Positions 1-13,340 of a DNA stretch of 64,000 bases are shown here, in pieces (position 1 is the stretch's first letter; each line of letters starts with the position of its first letter). The position numbers were made by a program, and so were the translations under genes. This DNA comes from Chrysomallon squamiferum (lineage: Eukaryota; Animalia; Mollusca): NCBI GenBank assembly GCA_012295275.1, contig CM022677.1, positions 8,866,001 to 8,930,000 of the forward strand. Direction: 5' to 3'. The notes under the pieces were generated by a model. That model ran no database searches. It was not told the DNA's origin and saw only the letters and a list, made by a program, of their open reading frames with translations.

Positions 1-879
1 TCTCGAGTACATAGTGGAAATGCATCTGTCCAGCGGGTAAAGGAGTCAACTACTAGAAGTATATACTTATATCCTTCTTTGGTTACAGGTAAAGGACCAA
101 GAATATCAATGTGAAGTCTCGAAAGGGATCTTCGATAGGAAACATGGGAGCAGGTTTTGCATGAGTGTAACGTTTGGACTTCTGATATTCTTTGCAGGAA
201 TGGGCGTAGTGTTCTATGTCCTGGTACTTACCTGGCCAGCAATATTTGGTTAGAATAGCTAGCCGAGTAGCATCTCTCCATAAAATGAAACCTCCTGTTT
301 TTGAATCACATCTTTCAAGAAGAAGGTCTTTCCTGTCTTGAAGAGGGACAACCAGTTGTGGACGGTTGTTTTTCTGTCCTCTGTGATTGGGCAGATAGAA
401 ATGGTATAAAATGACATTTCGAAGATCATATTCTTGGAAGCGACCCTGGAGTCCTTTTACCTGTGACTCTGAATAGGTAGAAGGTATCTCATTCTTTTCA
501 GTGTAGTCGATGATATGTCTTATATCAGGAAACTTGCGTTGTCTGTCTGCAGTACTCTGCTCATCAAGGTTTACATCACTTGATAGAACGAAAGGTTCAT
601 TTGGAACTGTATCATGATGATAATGGAAGTCCACAGATAGTTGAACTGATTCATCAGAATATCAACTGCAATCCGTTTGAAAATTCGTCTGCTGATGAAC
701 TGTGTTTCCAAAAATTGTATCATCAGGATGCCATTGTTCTGATTTATCATAATGTGAAGTATTGAGTTTTGGTTGGGTATGGTGTTCTGTTTTGTTGAAG
801 AATGACATGTCAGAAGTATGTGCTGACAAATCAGTGCTATTGGTTGTAGAGACAGATGTTTCTACTGCATGAGCATATG

Positions 880-1494
880 CTAACTGGCTTGTTGATGGAT
901 CAGTTGTCTGTTTCTTAAATCTAAAGAAGGAATATCATCTGTGACTGGCAGCATAGTTTGTGAAGCATATGGGAACCTGGATAAGGCATCAGCATTTTTG
1001 TTTGCAGTTCCTGCTCGGTGTATTATATCGAAATCATACTCCTGAAGCATGAGCAACCATCTGGCTAAACGTCCTGAATCTGGTTTGATGTCTTTTAGCC
1101 ATGTAAGAGCTCTGTGGTCTGTGTAAACCTTGAACTTCTGTGTTGTAAGGTACACTCTGTAGGTTCTAATGCCTTCCAATACAGCCAGACACTCTAGTTG
1201 TGTAGTTCCCCATTTCTTTTCACAGGGATGTAATGATCGACCTCCATAGCAAATTACATGCTCTCGCCCAGCAACATCTTGCTGACTCAGAATGTATCCA
1301 AGTGCAGATCCAGATGCATCTGCTGTAAGGACAAATGGCTGGTATGGATCAGGACAGGCGAGGACAGGTGCAGATGTTAAGGTTTTCTTAAGCTGAAGAA
1401 AAGCTTGCTGACATTGGACTGTCCATTTGAATGGAACATCTTTCTGGAGAAGATTATTGAGAGGAGAAGCAATGCCTGCAAAGTTGTAGGACAA
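880..1494 (-). pseudogene. RT connection/RNase H domain of the Gypsy element
   Basis: PLNNLLQKDVPFKW, DASG, LECLAV, TDHRAL, RLARWLLMLQEYDFDIIHRAG, NADALSR. Confidence 0.92.
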
Positions 1495-2380
1495 ATTTTC
1501 GATAGTAGCTGCAGATACCTAAGAAATGCCTAACACCGTTTTTTGGAAGTGGAATGTTATCTACATCAATGCCTTCTTTGCTGAGCAAATGCCCAAGACA
1601 GGTTGCCTTTTTCGCGGCAAATCGACATTTGCTAGGTTTCAGTGTCAATCCAGCTTCTTTTAGCTTTTGAAAAATACATGACAAATGTTGAAGATTTCTG
1701 TAAAGTTCTTTGAAAAAACAATGATGTCGTCAATGTAAATTAAAATGTATTTCCAGTTCATTTGTTTGAGAGCTGATGAAATGGTTTTACGAAATGCCAT
1801 TGGAGCATTTTTCAGTCGAAAGGGTAAACGATTCCATTCAAAAATGCCTTCAGGGGTTATAAAGGCTGAACGATATTTTGTGGAAGGATCTAGGGGTGTT
1901 TGCCAGAAGCCACTAGCACAATCTAGAACACTAAATATCTGAGCTTTCGATACCCCAAATGAATCAATGACATCTTCAAATCTAGGCAAGGGAAAGAAGA
2001 TTGGTTTTGTTATGCTTTTTCACCATGACTACTGGAAAATGCCATTGTGATGTGCTTGGCTGAATGATACCAGCATCAAGCATCTGTTGAACTTGGGTTG
2101 AGCATTCTTTCCTAGTTTGTACATTTTGTCTGTAGAAAGTAAGCCTAATGGGTCTTGCATCACCTGTATCTATTTTATGATGATGCAAGTCAGTTTTTCC
2201 TAGTTCAACCCAGTCTTTTGCAAATGCTGTACGATGACTTGCAAGGAATTGTTGAAGTTGCCCTTTTTGCGATGGGGTGAGATCAGAGTCAGTTAGATCG
2301 AAGGAAATGTCATTTGATTGTGGTTTATGTTTTGAGACAGATGAAATCTGGGGAGGATTAGAGGTAGAATGGGACGCCAT
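1454..2380 (-). pseudogene. Reverse transcriptase of the Gypsy element, split over three frames
   Basis: HHKIDTGDARPI, IIQPSTSQW, LDCASGFWQ, F-x-LKNAP, YIDD, LKPSKC...LGH motifs in ORFs 1982-2380, 1660-1989 and 1454-1684. Confidence 0.92.
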
Positions 2381-2710
2381 TGTCGGATACCACCGATGCA
2401 GTTGCCACTACTCTTCTGGATCCGAGACGAATGGTAAGTTTGCAGGGTTTAAGACTGTAAGGAAAATAGACATTTTTGACGTATTGACTAAGCACTTCGC
2501 ACCGTTGTAGTTGTAAGTTTTGTAAACTCGATGTAGGTTCTATGAGAAAACTTTGGTCCTTCCCACATCTGGCTATTTGTACTGGCAAATCAGCTTGTGA
2601 TATTGGGGGAATAACCACAGGTTTCCGTAGTCTTAATAGAGCCTGCATTTGTCTCTGCTAGACAAACAGAAATGAAACCATCGTAAATGTAACGTTTTCG
2701 AGCCGCTAAG

Positions 2711-3001
2711 TCAGTGGTAGTTAGTAAGGAAGTTGTATGTAAGGAAGTCCATTCCAAGAATGAGGGAGTGATGAAGAGAAGAAAAGACATGAAAGGTTTG
2801 TGAAATAGAAATGTTGCCAATGCGAATTTTAAGAGATAATGACCCTAAGACTGGGTGTTTTTCTCCCCCTACTCCTATGATGACAGGGATGTCAGACTTG
2901 GACATTAAGGGCTGTACTGGTAATTTGTGCATGAACTGTTCGCTAATACAGCTAATGGATGCACCTGTGTCTATAAGAGCCGCCGTTTTAACTTGACCCA
3001 C
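2711..3001 (-). pseudogene. Retroviral-type aspartic protease fragment of the Gypsy element
   Basis: ALIDTGASISCIS catalytic motif and LILGMDFL C-terminal motif. Confidence 0.9.
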
Positions 3002-3749
3002 CTTAACTTGAACTGTGTTTTTTGTTAAAGGAGCTACAAGTGAAACGTATTCTGGTTTGTGCCTGATATCAGATTATCTCTGTCTATCAGGCGCGAATTC
3101 CCATCTGGTAAGGCTGTTGTAGCGCTTAATGCATGCTGATTCATGGTGACCTCTATATGAACAAAATGTACAAATTGTGTTGGCATGTGGACAAACAAAT
3201 CGATTAGGGCAATACTCACCACGTCCGTTACAGCATTGTCGTAGTTGTGGTGGTAGAGGGTGCTGGTACTGTCTGGTTGGCCGCTGCAGTGGAGCCGACA
3301 TCGGTCTATTCTGGTGGGTTCGCTGGTATTGTGGCTGGAATCTTGGTTGGTATGCTGGTTGAAATAGTGCTTGGTGCGCAGGCTCTTGATTCTCGTTGTG
3401 GTAGTAAGCTTTGTTCCGTGGGGCTGGAAAGTGTGACCCGAAACGTCTTCGGCTGGATGCCTGAGGTGTGACATTTCCTGTTGCGGTATGGCCTCGTGCT
3501 GTAGTCGGTTGACCTCCTAACCTTTGTTAGTTAGTAAGGCTTCCACCAATGTCGACAGGTGGCCCACCTTTTCTTCCAAGTTAGCCGCATTGGGCAGTTG
3601 CATCATTATAGTGGATTGGTTAGCTACATGTGAAAAATACCTCACCTCTTCAAGCGTTGTGGGCTCTTTATTGTAGACCCACTGTTGAAGAGTCTCGTGA
3701 AGTCCGTTTACAGCTATTACTATTACAAGCTCTTTTGGTAGGTTTTTGT

Positions 3750-4228
3750 ATTGTGTAGCTGTTTGGTCTCGTGTTGTGTAGCTGTTTGGACTCGTGTTGT
3801 GTAGTTGTTTGGACTCGTGTTGTGTAGTTGTTTGGTCTCGTGTTATGTAGTTGTTTGGTCTCGTGTTATGTAGTTGTTTGGTCGTGTTGTTTAGCTGACT
3901 CTTGTGTTGTGTAGTTGTTTGGACTCGTGTTTGTAGTTGTTTAGTTGTGTTATGTAGTTGTTTGGACTCGTGTTGTGTAGCTGTTTGGTCTTGTGTTGTG
4001 TAGTTGTTTGGACTCGTGTTGTGTAGTTGTTTGGACTCGTGTTGTGTAGTTGTTTGGTCTTGTGTTGTGTAGTTGTTTGGTCTCGTGTTGTGTAGTTGTT
4101 TGGTCTTGTGTTGTGTAGTTGTTTGGTCTTGTGTTGTGTAGTTGTTTGGTCTTGTGTTGTGTAGTTGTTTGGACTCGTGTTGTGTAGTTGTTTGGACTCG
4201 TGTTGTGTTTGGACTCGTGTTGTGTAGT
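3750..4228. repeat. 23-bp minisatellite (gtgttgtgtagttgtttggactc/gtctc), about 20 copies
   Basis: Directly visible tandem units. Confidence 0.95.
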
Positions 4229-4767
4229 CTCAGTTGCTTTCTGTGACATGGAAAAATGTGCGTTGTAACTGGACTCTGGTCTGTGCGTTATTTCATATCT
4301 CTCAACTCATATCGTTACGTATTAATGTATTTAGGTATTTTAGTTGTTGTCAAGATTATTTACTCGGGATAAGACATCTTTTGTCTAGAGCGGTTCTTAA
4401 TCGGCGCATACCCATTAATTGGAGCCGGTTCATATCATTATGTATTAATGTATTTAGGTATTTTAATTAATTATATGTCTGCTGTTAGATTGGATGGATT
4501 TTAACTTGACGACTTTGGCTTTATAACTTTGGTTGCTATAGTTAAATATATTTTATTTTAATCTGCTTATGGCATGTGCAAGCGAGGCGTTTTTCCCCAC
4601 TATGATAATACAGTAAAGTTAATTCATTTTAATCTAGTCACTCGCCTCTAAACTGCAACCCAACTATCTTAACAAATGTGGAAGACTTTCAATATTTTTG
4701 ATAGGCATCCTTAAAAGGTGTTTCAACTTGTTAGGTACGTTATACCAATTAATGAAAAATTAAGCTT

Positions 4768-4823
<56 letters not shown>

Positions 4824-6013
4824 TTATGCGAAATAAATTGTCTAATATTGTTAATTAAAAATGAACACCTGTATTTTTCAATACACTGTGTTTTCAATAC
4901 ATAATATTACCGATACGCCTCTGTTTACAACATAAAACATGTAACATAAATAGTGATGGCGGTACTGAAGTCTTATTTTCATAACGCCGTGTAAAATTAC
5001 TCCTACTTAGCTTTCCAGTGAAATATGTTAATAAAATGTCACATTAGTATGGAAGTGTTCTCTATAATTTGGATTTCACATATAATTCTACTGTTGTTTA
5101 TAAAATCACGCTAACCTAGATGCCCAATCTACATTTCTGAACGTACACAGTGTTTTCGCAATAAAATCACACCTGTAAAACAATAACAAGAACGACAACA
5201 ACAATAGTAATATAAAGAAAAGAAAATTTTAATCTTTATTTGATTTCTTTACTTCTCAGTATCCATAGCACTTGAAAAGTTAACATCATCGCTCCAGTCT
5301 GGATGTCACTATATTTTATGACGTAGCTATAGCTTCACACAGAAATACTTCACTGAGAAAAAGAACATGATGTTGTATTTTTATTTTTATTTTTTTATAT
5401 ATAAAATAAAAAGGTGACAATGAGCGAGACTATTATTTGAGAAGCACAGTGAATAATAGTAGTAGTAGTAGTAGTAGTAGTAGGAGTAGTAAATAAATAA
5501 ACAAATAAATGAATAAATAAACGTTTACATCGTATAATAAAAACGTTTATTATAACTTACTATGTAGGTGGGAGGTTTATATTTTTTTAATTAACAAAGT
5601 AGGATTATAGGTGAGAAGAGGATAGATTAATAATATGACATTTTATAACTTGCCACATTATTTACATTTACCAGTGCAGAATGAGCAAGATAAATATATC
5701 TTTTTTATATATATAGAAGATCAGTGGATAATCAGAATTATAGCTCGCGCATATGGATGAATGTCATTTTTTTTTTAATTGACCATATTAGAGATTATAC
5801 AAGAAAAAGAAAATGTCACATTTAAAACTAAATTTCTAAAACTGAGAATTAAAAAAGAGCATAATATGCTGCAGGGAAATAGAGAGTTATGTACCCTTTT
5901 TATCAGCAGTAGCTGTAGAGTTGATACTTAGCGTTTATTCTACTTGAATAATTTAGATACTGAGAAACACAGCGAGTTAGATTTCCAGATTCATGTTATT
6001 AACAAAGAATTAA

Positions 6014-6111
<98 letters not shown>

Positions 6112-7524
6112 GTAGTAAGAAGAAAGATAATTGTTTTACTTCCAGACAAAGCGTTGTGTATATTTTAGAAATATACTTTTTGTAAGCAGGAGACAGTGAC
6201 ATGCAGAGAGATGAAGATGATTTTCAATAATTACACCACAGATTTTGTTTTTAATTACGTTTTTCTGGTTATTAATATTTAACCAGTATATTTTAAGAAA
6301 TGTGGTACTTGCTCGTCCTAAACAACGGCGAGTGTTTTGTGAAGAAACGTTTGAGTGAAACTTGTGAAGACAAGTTGGACTGTACAGACGTGTAGCTGAC
6401 TGTCTGGATAACACGTGTTTCAATAAAAAGTTCTGCTGTCCAGTTTCGTTCTTCCAAAAATCATGATACAAATCATATTTGAGTATTTAGTGAAGTACGA
6501 CAGTTCGACGTACAGTGTAGTTTTCTAGAGACATTTTTTTATGGAATTTACGTTATGTGAATTACTAAGAGCTGAGATTCAACCAAAAATGACATGATAT
6601 GGGTATAAAGACTACCGCTATTTACACTGATTATTTTTATTAAATAAATAAATTAATTAATTAATTAAATTTAATTTTAATACCGAAATCACAATTTAAA
6701 TAGTGGATGTTGGGTATCATTATATATGTAAATGATTAAGCGCCAGTTTAATCTGATATATTTTAAAAGCTTCAGGTGAGATTTTATTGATAAATGGAGA
6801 AGAAACATTAATATTTACTTGAAGTAAACACATTATTGTTATGTTTTAAGATGAAATAAATGATATATTTCGTCTAGCTAACTGAAAATCTTCTCATATC
6901 TCATAAAACACTAGTTCAGGAGGACAGGCATGTTTTCTATGATGTAACTTACAAAGTATAATATTAACTATATAAGATTTCTCCTAGTAGAATAAAATGT
7001 AACTATAAGTGAAATTATCAGTATTTTTTATGATGCAAAATAGAGTCAAACATAATAAAACATCACGTTATTTTCACTCAGTATCAATTATAATATAAAC
7101 CTCGCTGAATTTGTATTAACTGAATTACGTCGCCTTTTTTCAAGATTATTCTGTAAAATATTCCTTTAGCAGTATCCAGGATTATACTGACAGTCAATTA
7201 TATATATATTGTCAATATTCATTATGAAGCAAAACAGAGATAAACTTAATAACATGTCAGTGTTAACAGTGCACTGTTACTAACATAGAACGTAATTTTC
7301 ACTCAGTTTAGTCGTATAAGCTGCACAGCTAGTACTAAATAAAAAAAGTAAATTCTGTCTCAAATTATCTTCAGAAAAATACACTCATCCAAGTTAAATA
7401 TGAAATTAAATGATTAACCGGAAAAATATTGGTTTCTGTATTTAAAACATTTCTCAAAAATAAATAAATAAATATATAATATATATATATAAATATATAT
7501 ATACATACATACATATATATATTC

Positions 7525-7646
<122 letters not shown>

Positions 7647-7928
7647 TGGTTTTCTGTTACTTATTAATGTGATAATTACAAGCATAATATCTAGAACTAC
7701 AGAAACGCTATGAGATCAATATTCTCTTATTTAGACATTTTAAGGAAAATGTGATATTGCAGGAAATGGTGAGGTTAATGTCATTATCCTGATAATTAAT
7801 CTATATAAAATATAAATTGCCAATATCTCACTGATTAAAATTGCATAACGCCGAACAAATAAAGAAAACATTGTTATTCGTATAAACTTTGCCACGTATT
7901 AGAAAGTGAAAAACAATAAATATATATG

Positions 7929-7978
<50 letters not shown>

Positions 7979-9548
7979 CAATTAAAAAAAAGAGAAAACA
8001 AACATTAAGCTTATCCAGGAGAGCAGTTTATAAAGCAAAATGTAATATCAGCGAAAATAATATGAGATTTTATATACATTTCAAAATCGTCACCTATTCC
8101 TGTATTTTATTTTTTTTATTTTTTAAAGAATTAACAATGTCTTCTCCTCTGAAACTTGTCTTACGTGGTAGACTGAAAAATTAGTGACGTAATCGAGACC
8201 TCGCGTCACACATACGTTTTACGATAAATGACGATTTTAAATAAGAAATATTTGCTTATTGATATTATACAAAACCAGAGCAGATATCATACGAAGAAAC
8301 ATTTATTATTATCATTATCATTTTAATTAGTTTTATTACAATTGTCATCATAAAGAAAGACAGGATTATCTACAGATATTTATTTATTTATTTATTTCTG
8401 TGAAATTTTCTGAAATTAATAAACAATTTTACAATGTACATTGCAAAAATATTTTAAAATGAACATACAACACTGAAACGGTAATCTAGCTTTACAGTAT
8501 TAATAATAAACATTAAATATAATAATTTGTTTTTAGAGGATATCTTGACGAGAGAAAAAGTGAAAGTGAAAGTAAATATTACTTTTATATTATTAAATAT
8601 TTATGTTAAGAAAGGCTAATGATACGAAATAGTTTTAAAAATGAGATAATTTAATTGTTATCAAATAATAAAATTTAAATAAAACAAAAAGAAAAGAAAG
8701 AAAGAAAATCCAGTTTTCAGAATAGAAAAATTCTGGTTTTTATTAGATTTACATAGATGAAAATTTATAAATATCAAAAATGGCTTGTTTTAATAGACTG
8801 ACTTTTATTCAAGATCTGTTTTAGATAAGGTAGACTGTGCCGTAAGCAGAAATTCATTAAATAAATGTTTCTCATTTTCTTCTTTCCAGAAAAACAAACA
8901 TCTTGAGAGAGAAAGGTCATTTGTTTTTTGGTCACAAAAGGCGTATGTCATTCCATTAATAGTACATTTATGTAAATAATGTAATCATCTTATAAAATAA
9001 AATAAATGTTAGTTTTGTCAACTTTCATTTTGTTTCTCAAATATTAATTAAATCTGTAAATTTGGTAAGAATAAGAAAATCAGTATTTTTCTCTCTCGTG
9101 TCTCCGTCATTACTGTCGTATCTTTACCTTTTATTAAGTTTTGCAATTAGTGTTAAAAAATATAAATTATATTTGTATTAATCATTGCCGTCGTTACACC
9201 ATTTTATTAGAATAAACAATTAGCAACTATTGTTCTCTCTTTTTTAAAAACTGTTTGTAATGTTAGAAATGAAAATTATAATAATTAAATATCGTTTCTC
9301 TCTTATTATAACAGGGCTTAATAAAAAAATTCTTTAATCAAAAATATAGATCTATTAAAAAAAAGTATCAGTCAGAAGTGTAAACGTATTGGTCAGCATC
9401 AAAAGAAACGTCTTTTAAATGCTAAATCATAATTTTAATTTCATAAAGATAAGTAAAAATATTTCTTTATGAAATATTTTCTGTCTACTACTAAATAAGC
9501 AATTAAAATTAAAATAAAAGATGACAGAATCCTCAGTAGATTGAGAAA

Positions 9549-9625
<77 letters not shown>

Positions 9626-10059
9626 TAAAAATAAAAAAATAAAAAAATAAAAAAATAAATAAAAAAGCTTTAAGCGAAATAGGAATTTTACAATAATAAT
9701 TTTAAGAAATAATAATAAATCAAATAAACCAACAAATAATGGAAACTGGCTCTTTATAAACTGTTAATTTTAATAAATGGGTACTATTGAAATATTTTGC
9801 TCTAAAATATATTATAGAATTAGGTACATTCGTCTAAAAGTAGTAAATCGGATCGAGATCGAAACTGCATATGCATTCATGGTCTAAGGGAAATAACTGT
9901 ATTTAACGGGTTTACAAATATGAGGCGATATTAATAAAGATAAACAACAGTATATTTTAATATTGGACGGGCACGGTCAGAAAATAAGAATAAGAGCGAA
10001 CAAAAAACGAAAAGGAATAATAACGACTACACCAATAACGCTATCAACAACGCCCGTAC

Positions 10060-10520
10060 CACGGTAACGACGGCGACATTAATAAAAATTACAATAATAT
10101 ATTTTAATAGGGGATTTTTCCCGCTCAGAACGTACGAGGAATAATTAATAATAAAAATGTAAAGTATAACGATAAGTACTCCAGGAAAGCTCGGAACACG
10201 CATTAAGAACAATGATGAACAATGATGTAACGACGGCAATGACGGCCTCATTAATACAAATATAAATTATATATTTTAACATACACTAATTGCAATACTT
10301 AATAAAAGGCCAAAGAATAAGGTGAACAACGCCGATACGACGGTAATGACGGCGACATTAATAAAGGTAATAATAATATATTTTAATATAGATGTGGACA
10401 CTAATTGGAATTGTTAATAAAAGACTAAGTTGAAGTAAACCGAGAATGTTGAAAGAAACGCCGTTACGACGGTAGCGACGGCGACATTAATAGAAATATT
10501 AATAATATATTTTAATAATG
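10060..10520 (+). repeat. Three dispersed copies of a ~55-bp CpG-rich unit (aacgccgttacgacggtaacgacggcgacattaataaa...)
   Basis: Copies near 10048-10110, 10328-10390 and 10457-10520, with a shorter one near 10228. Confidence 0.75.
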
Positions 10521-10574
10521 GATGCGCACAGTCAGAAAATACGAATCATTCGCAGAACAGTTTTGTGATCAGCC

Positions 10575-12735
10575 TTAGTACTAGTGTCAGCATTAGAAAC
10601 AGGTTTAACAACTTCGTTAGGACTAGGTTTAGAGTTACGCCAGGCGCCTCGATTAGGGTTAGATTTAGGTTTATTTACATCTTATTATCAGAGTTACGAT
10701 AATGTACACGATAATTTTAGGGTCACGATTAGAAGCAGCGTTATCTTAAGAATCGACGTTGTGTACTTGTGTAGCATGAGGTTTACAAGTTGAGCTACGA
10801 TTAGGGCTAGGGTTAGGGTCAGGGTTAGGGTTAGGGTTAGGGTTAGTGTTATTTAAAGTTTATTATGAGTCATGGTTTTATGATCAGGGTTAATACTAGT
10901 CTTATCAATGGAATTAAGATTAACGATTTAGTTAGGTTAAGGTTTAGGGCTAGATTCTCGGTTAGTGTTAGTGTTAGTGTTAGGATTACGATTAGGATTA
11001 GGGTCAGGGTTAGGGTTAGGCTAGGGTTAGGGTTAGTATTAGGGTTAGGGCAGGGGAAGGGTTATGTTAGGGTTAGGGTTAGGTTAGGGTTGGGGTTAGG
11101 GTTAGGGTTAGGTTAGGGTTGGGGTTAGGGTTAGGGTTAGGTCTGGGGTCAGGGTTAGGGTTAGGGTTAGGGTTAGGGTTAGGTTATGGCTAGGGCTAGG
11201 GCTAGGGTTGGTGTTACGGTAGGGTTAGGGTTAGGGTTAGTGTTAGTGTTAGGGTTAGGGCTAGGGCTAGGGCTAGAGTTAGGGTTAGGGTTAGGGTTAG
11301 GGTTAGGGTTAGGGTTAGGGTTAGGGTTAGGGTTAGGGTTAGGGTTAGGGTTAGGGTTAGGGTTAGGGTTAGGGTTAGGTCTAGGGTTAGGGTTAGAGTT
11401 AGCTTCAGGGTTAGGGTTACGGTTAGGGTTAGGGTTAGGTTAGATCTGGGGTTAGGGTTAGGTTAGGTCTGGGGTTATGGTTAGGGTTACGGTTTGGTTA
11501 GGGTAAGTGTTAAGGTTACGGTTACGGTTAGTGTTAGGGTTAGGGCAGGGGAAGGGTTATGTTAGGGTTAGGGTTAGGGTTAGGTTAGGGTTGGGGTTAG
11601 GGTTAGGGTTAGGTCTGGGGTTAGGGTTAGGATTAGGATTAGGATTAGGTTAGGTTAGGTTAGGGCTAGGGTTAGGGTTAGCATTAGTGTTATGGTTAGA
11701 GTTAGGGTTAGGGTTAGGGTTAGGGTGGGGTTTAGGGTTAAGGCAGGGGGAAGAGTGAGGGTTATGGTTAGGGTTAGGGTTAGTGTTAGAGTTAGTGTTA
11801 GGGCTAGTTTAGCTTTAGGGTTCGGGTTCGGGTTAGGGTTAGGTTTAGAGTTAGGGTTAGGGTTAGAGTTAGCTTCAGGGTTAGGGTTACGGTTAGGGTT
11901 AGGGTTAAGTTAGGTCTGGGGTTATGGTTAGGGTTACGGTTTGGTTAGGGTAAGTGTTAAGGTTACGGTTACGGTTAGTGTTAGGGTTAGGGTTAGGGTT
12001 AGGGTTAGGGTTAGGGTTAGGGTTAGGGTTAGGGTTAGGGTTAGGGTTAGGGTTAGGGTTAGGTTTAGGGTTAGGGTTAGGTTTAGGGTTAGGGTTAGGT
12101 TTTGGGTTAGGGTTAGTGTTAGTGTTAGGTTAGGGTTAGGGTTAGGTTTAGTTTAGTGTTAGGGTTAGGTTATGGTTATGGTTATGGTTAGGTTATGGCT
12201 AGGGCTAGGGTTAGGGTTAGAGTTAGGTTAGGGTTAGGGTTAGGGTTAGGGTAGGTTAGGGCTAGTGTTAGGGTTAGGGTTAGGATTAATGTTAGGGCTA
12301 TGTTAGGGTTAGGGTTAGGGTTAGGGTTATTTGAAGTTTTTTAGGAGTCTTATGATAATCCGGAAAACATTTTTTTGAATGAGTTTAGAATGAGGCCTGG
12401 AGTCTCGAATAGGATTAGGATTAGGGTTATGGTTATGCTTACGGTGAGGGTTAACATAAGAATCGACGTTGTGGACACGGGTAGTATTAGGTTTATAAGT
12501 CGAGCTCGGGTTAGGGCTAGCGTCACGATTAGGGTTAGGTTCAGGGTTAGACTTAGGGTTTGGGTTAGGGTTTGGGTTAGAGTTATTTAAAGTTTATTAT
12601 AAGTCTTATCATAACGTACAAAACAGTTTTATGACCAGTGTTAGTACTGCTCTTCTCACTGGAATTAAGTTTAACGATTTCGTTAAGGTTAATTAATAGG
12701 GCTAGAGTCTCGATTAGGGTTAGATAAAGGTTATC
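10575..12735 (+). repeat. Interstitial telomeric-type (TTAGGG)n array with degenerate variants and repeated non-telomeric spacers
   Basis: Pure TTAGGG runs at ~11279-11378 and ~11981-12062; variants TTAGG, CTAGGG, TTAGTG, TTACGG; single orientation; non-telomeric DNA on both sides. Confidence 0.95.
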
Positions 12736-12999
12736 TGATTCCCTCTGTCTATCACTGTCTGTCTCTGTTTCTCTTTCTCTCTCTCTGTCTATCTTGCAAT
12801 TAACAATTTTATGTAAAGCAGTTAACCAACAGCAAAAGCAACACCTATAATAGCAACGATAACAATAACAACAATAATAAAAATAATAACAATAGTAACA
12901 ATATTAACAATAATATCAACAATAAAAATAAAACAAACAAAAATTAGACAGACGAAACACGAACGCACACAAAATCTGAATTAAACTTTTAAACAGTTG

Positions 13000-13275
13000 T
13001 AAAACAGTATTTACATGTATTTGAAATTTGTATACTACATTTTTACTGTTTTGTGAAATTTTAAGGGAAACATACAAACCTACAGTCGTAGTGAAGCCCA
13101 AATCTCTCTTTCTCTAATCAAAATAAATACATACACAATGTTCACGGAATTTCGTAACAAATTTAAATTCTTGATTTTGTTTTTTTGCTCTGAATAGCAT
13201 GAATGAAGAAATATTAAGTTTAGTGTAAAGGAAGATTTTAAATATATGAAATCAATTAAGAATGCAGAAATAGCG

Positions 13276-13340
<65 letters not shown>

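Larger units (their letters stand above)
1..3750 (-). mobile_element. Degenerate Ty3/Gypsy LTR retrotransposon internal region (gag-PR-RT-RH-INT), frameshifted; runs off the window's left edge
   Basis: Minus-strand fragments in Gypsy order: gag zinc knuckle CTFCSYRGHHESAC (3074-3301), protease ALIDTGASISC (2711-3001), RT LDCASGFWQ...YIDDIIVFS (1660-1989), RNase H LTADASGSALG...TDHRAL...NADALSR (880-1494), integrase zinc-binding region (83-634). Multiple frameshifts and stops; no LTR recognised. Confidence 0.95.

Noticed and set aside
3750-4249. Regular 23-bp repeats (CRISPR-like at a glance) and the Thr/Gln-rich ORF 3950-4249
   Set aside because: Head-to-tail units with no unique spacers, no cas genes and a eukaryotic context; the ORF is just the repeat translation.
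10865-12590. ORFs of poly-(LG) and poly-(RV)
   Set aside because: Translations of TTAGGG repeats, not genes.
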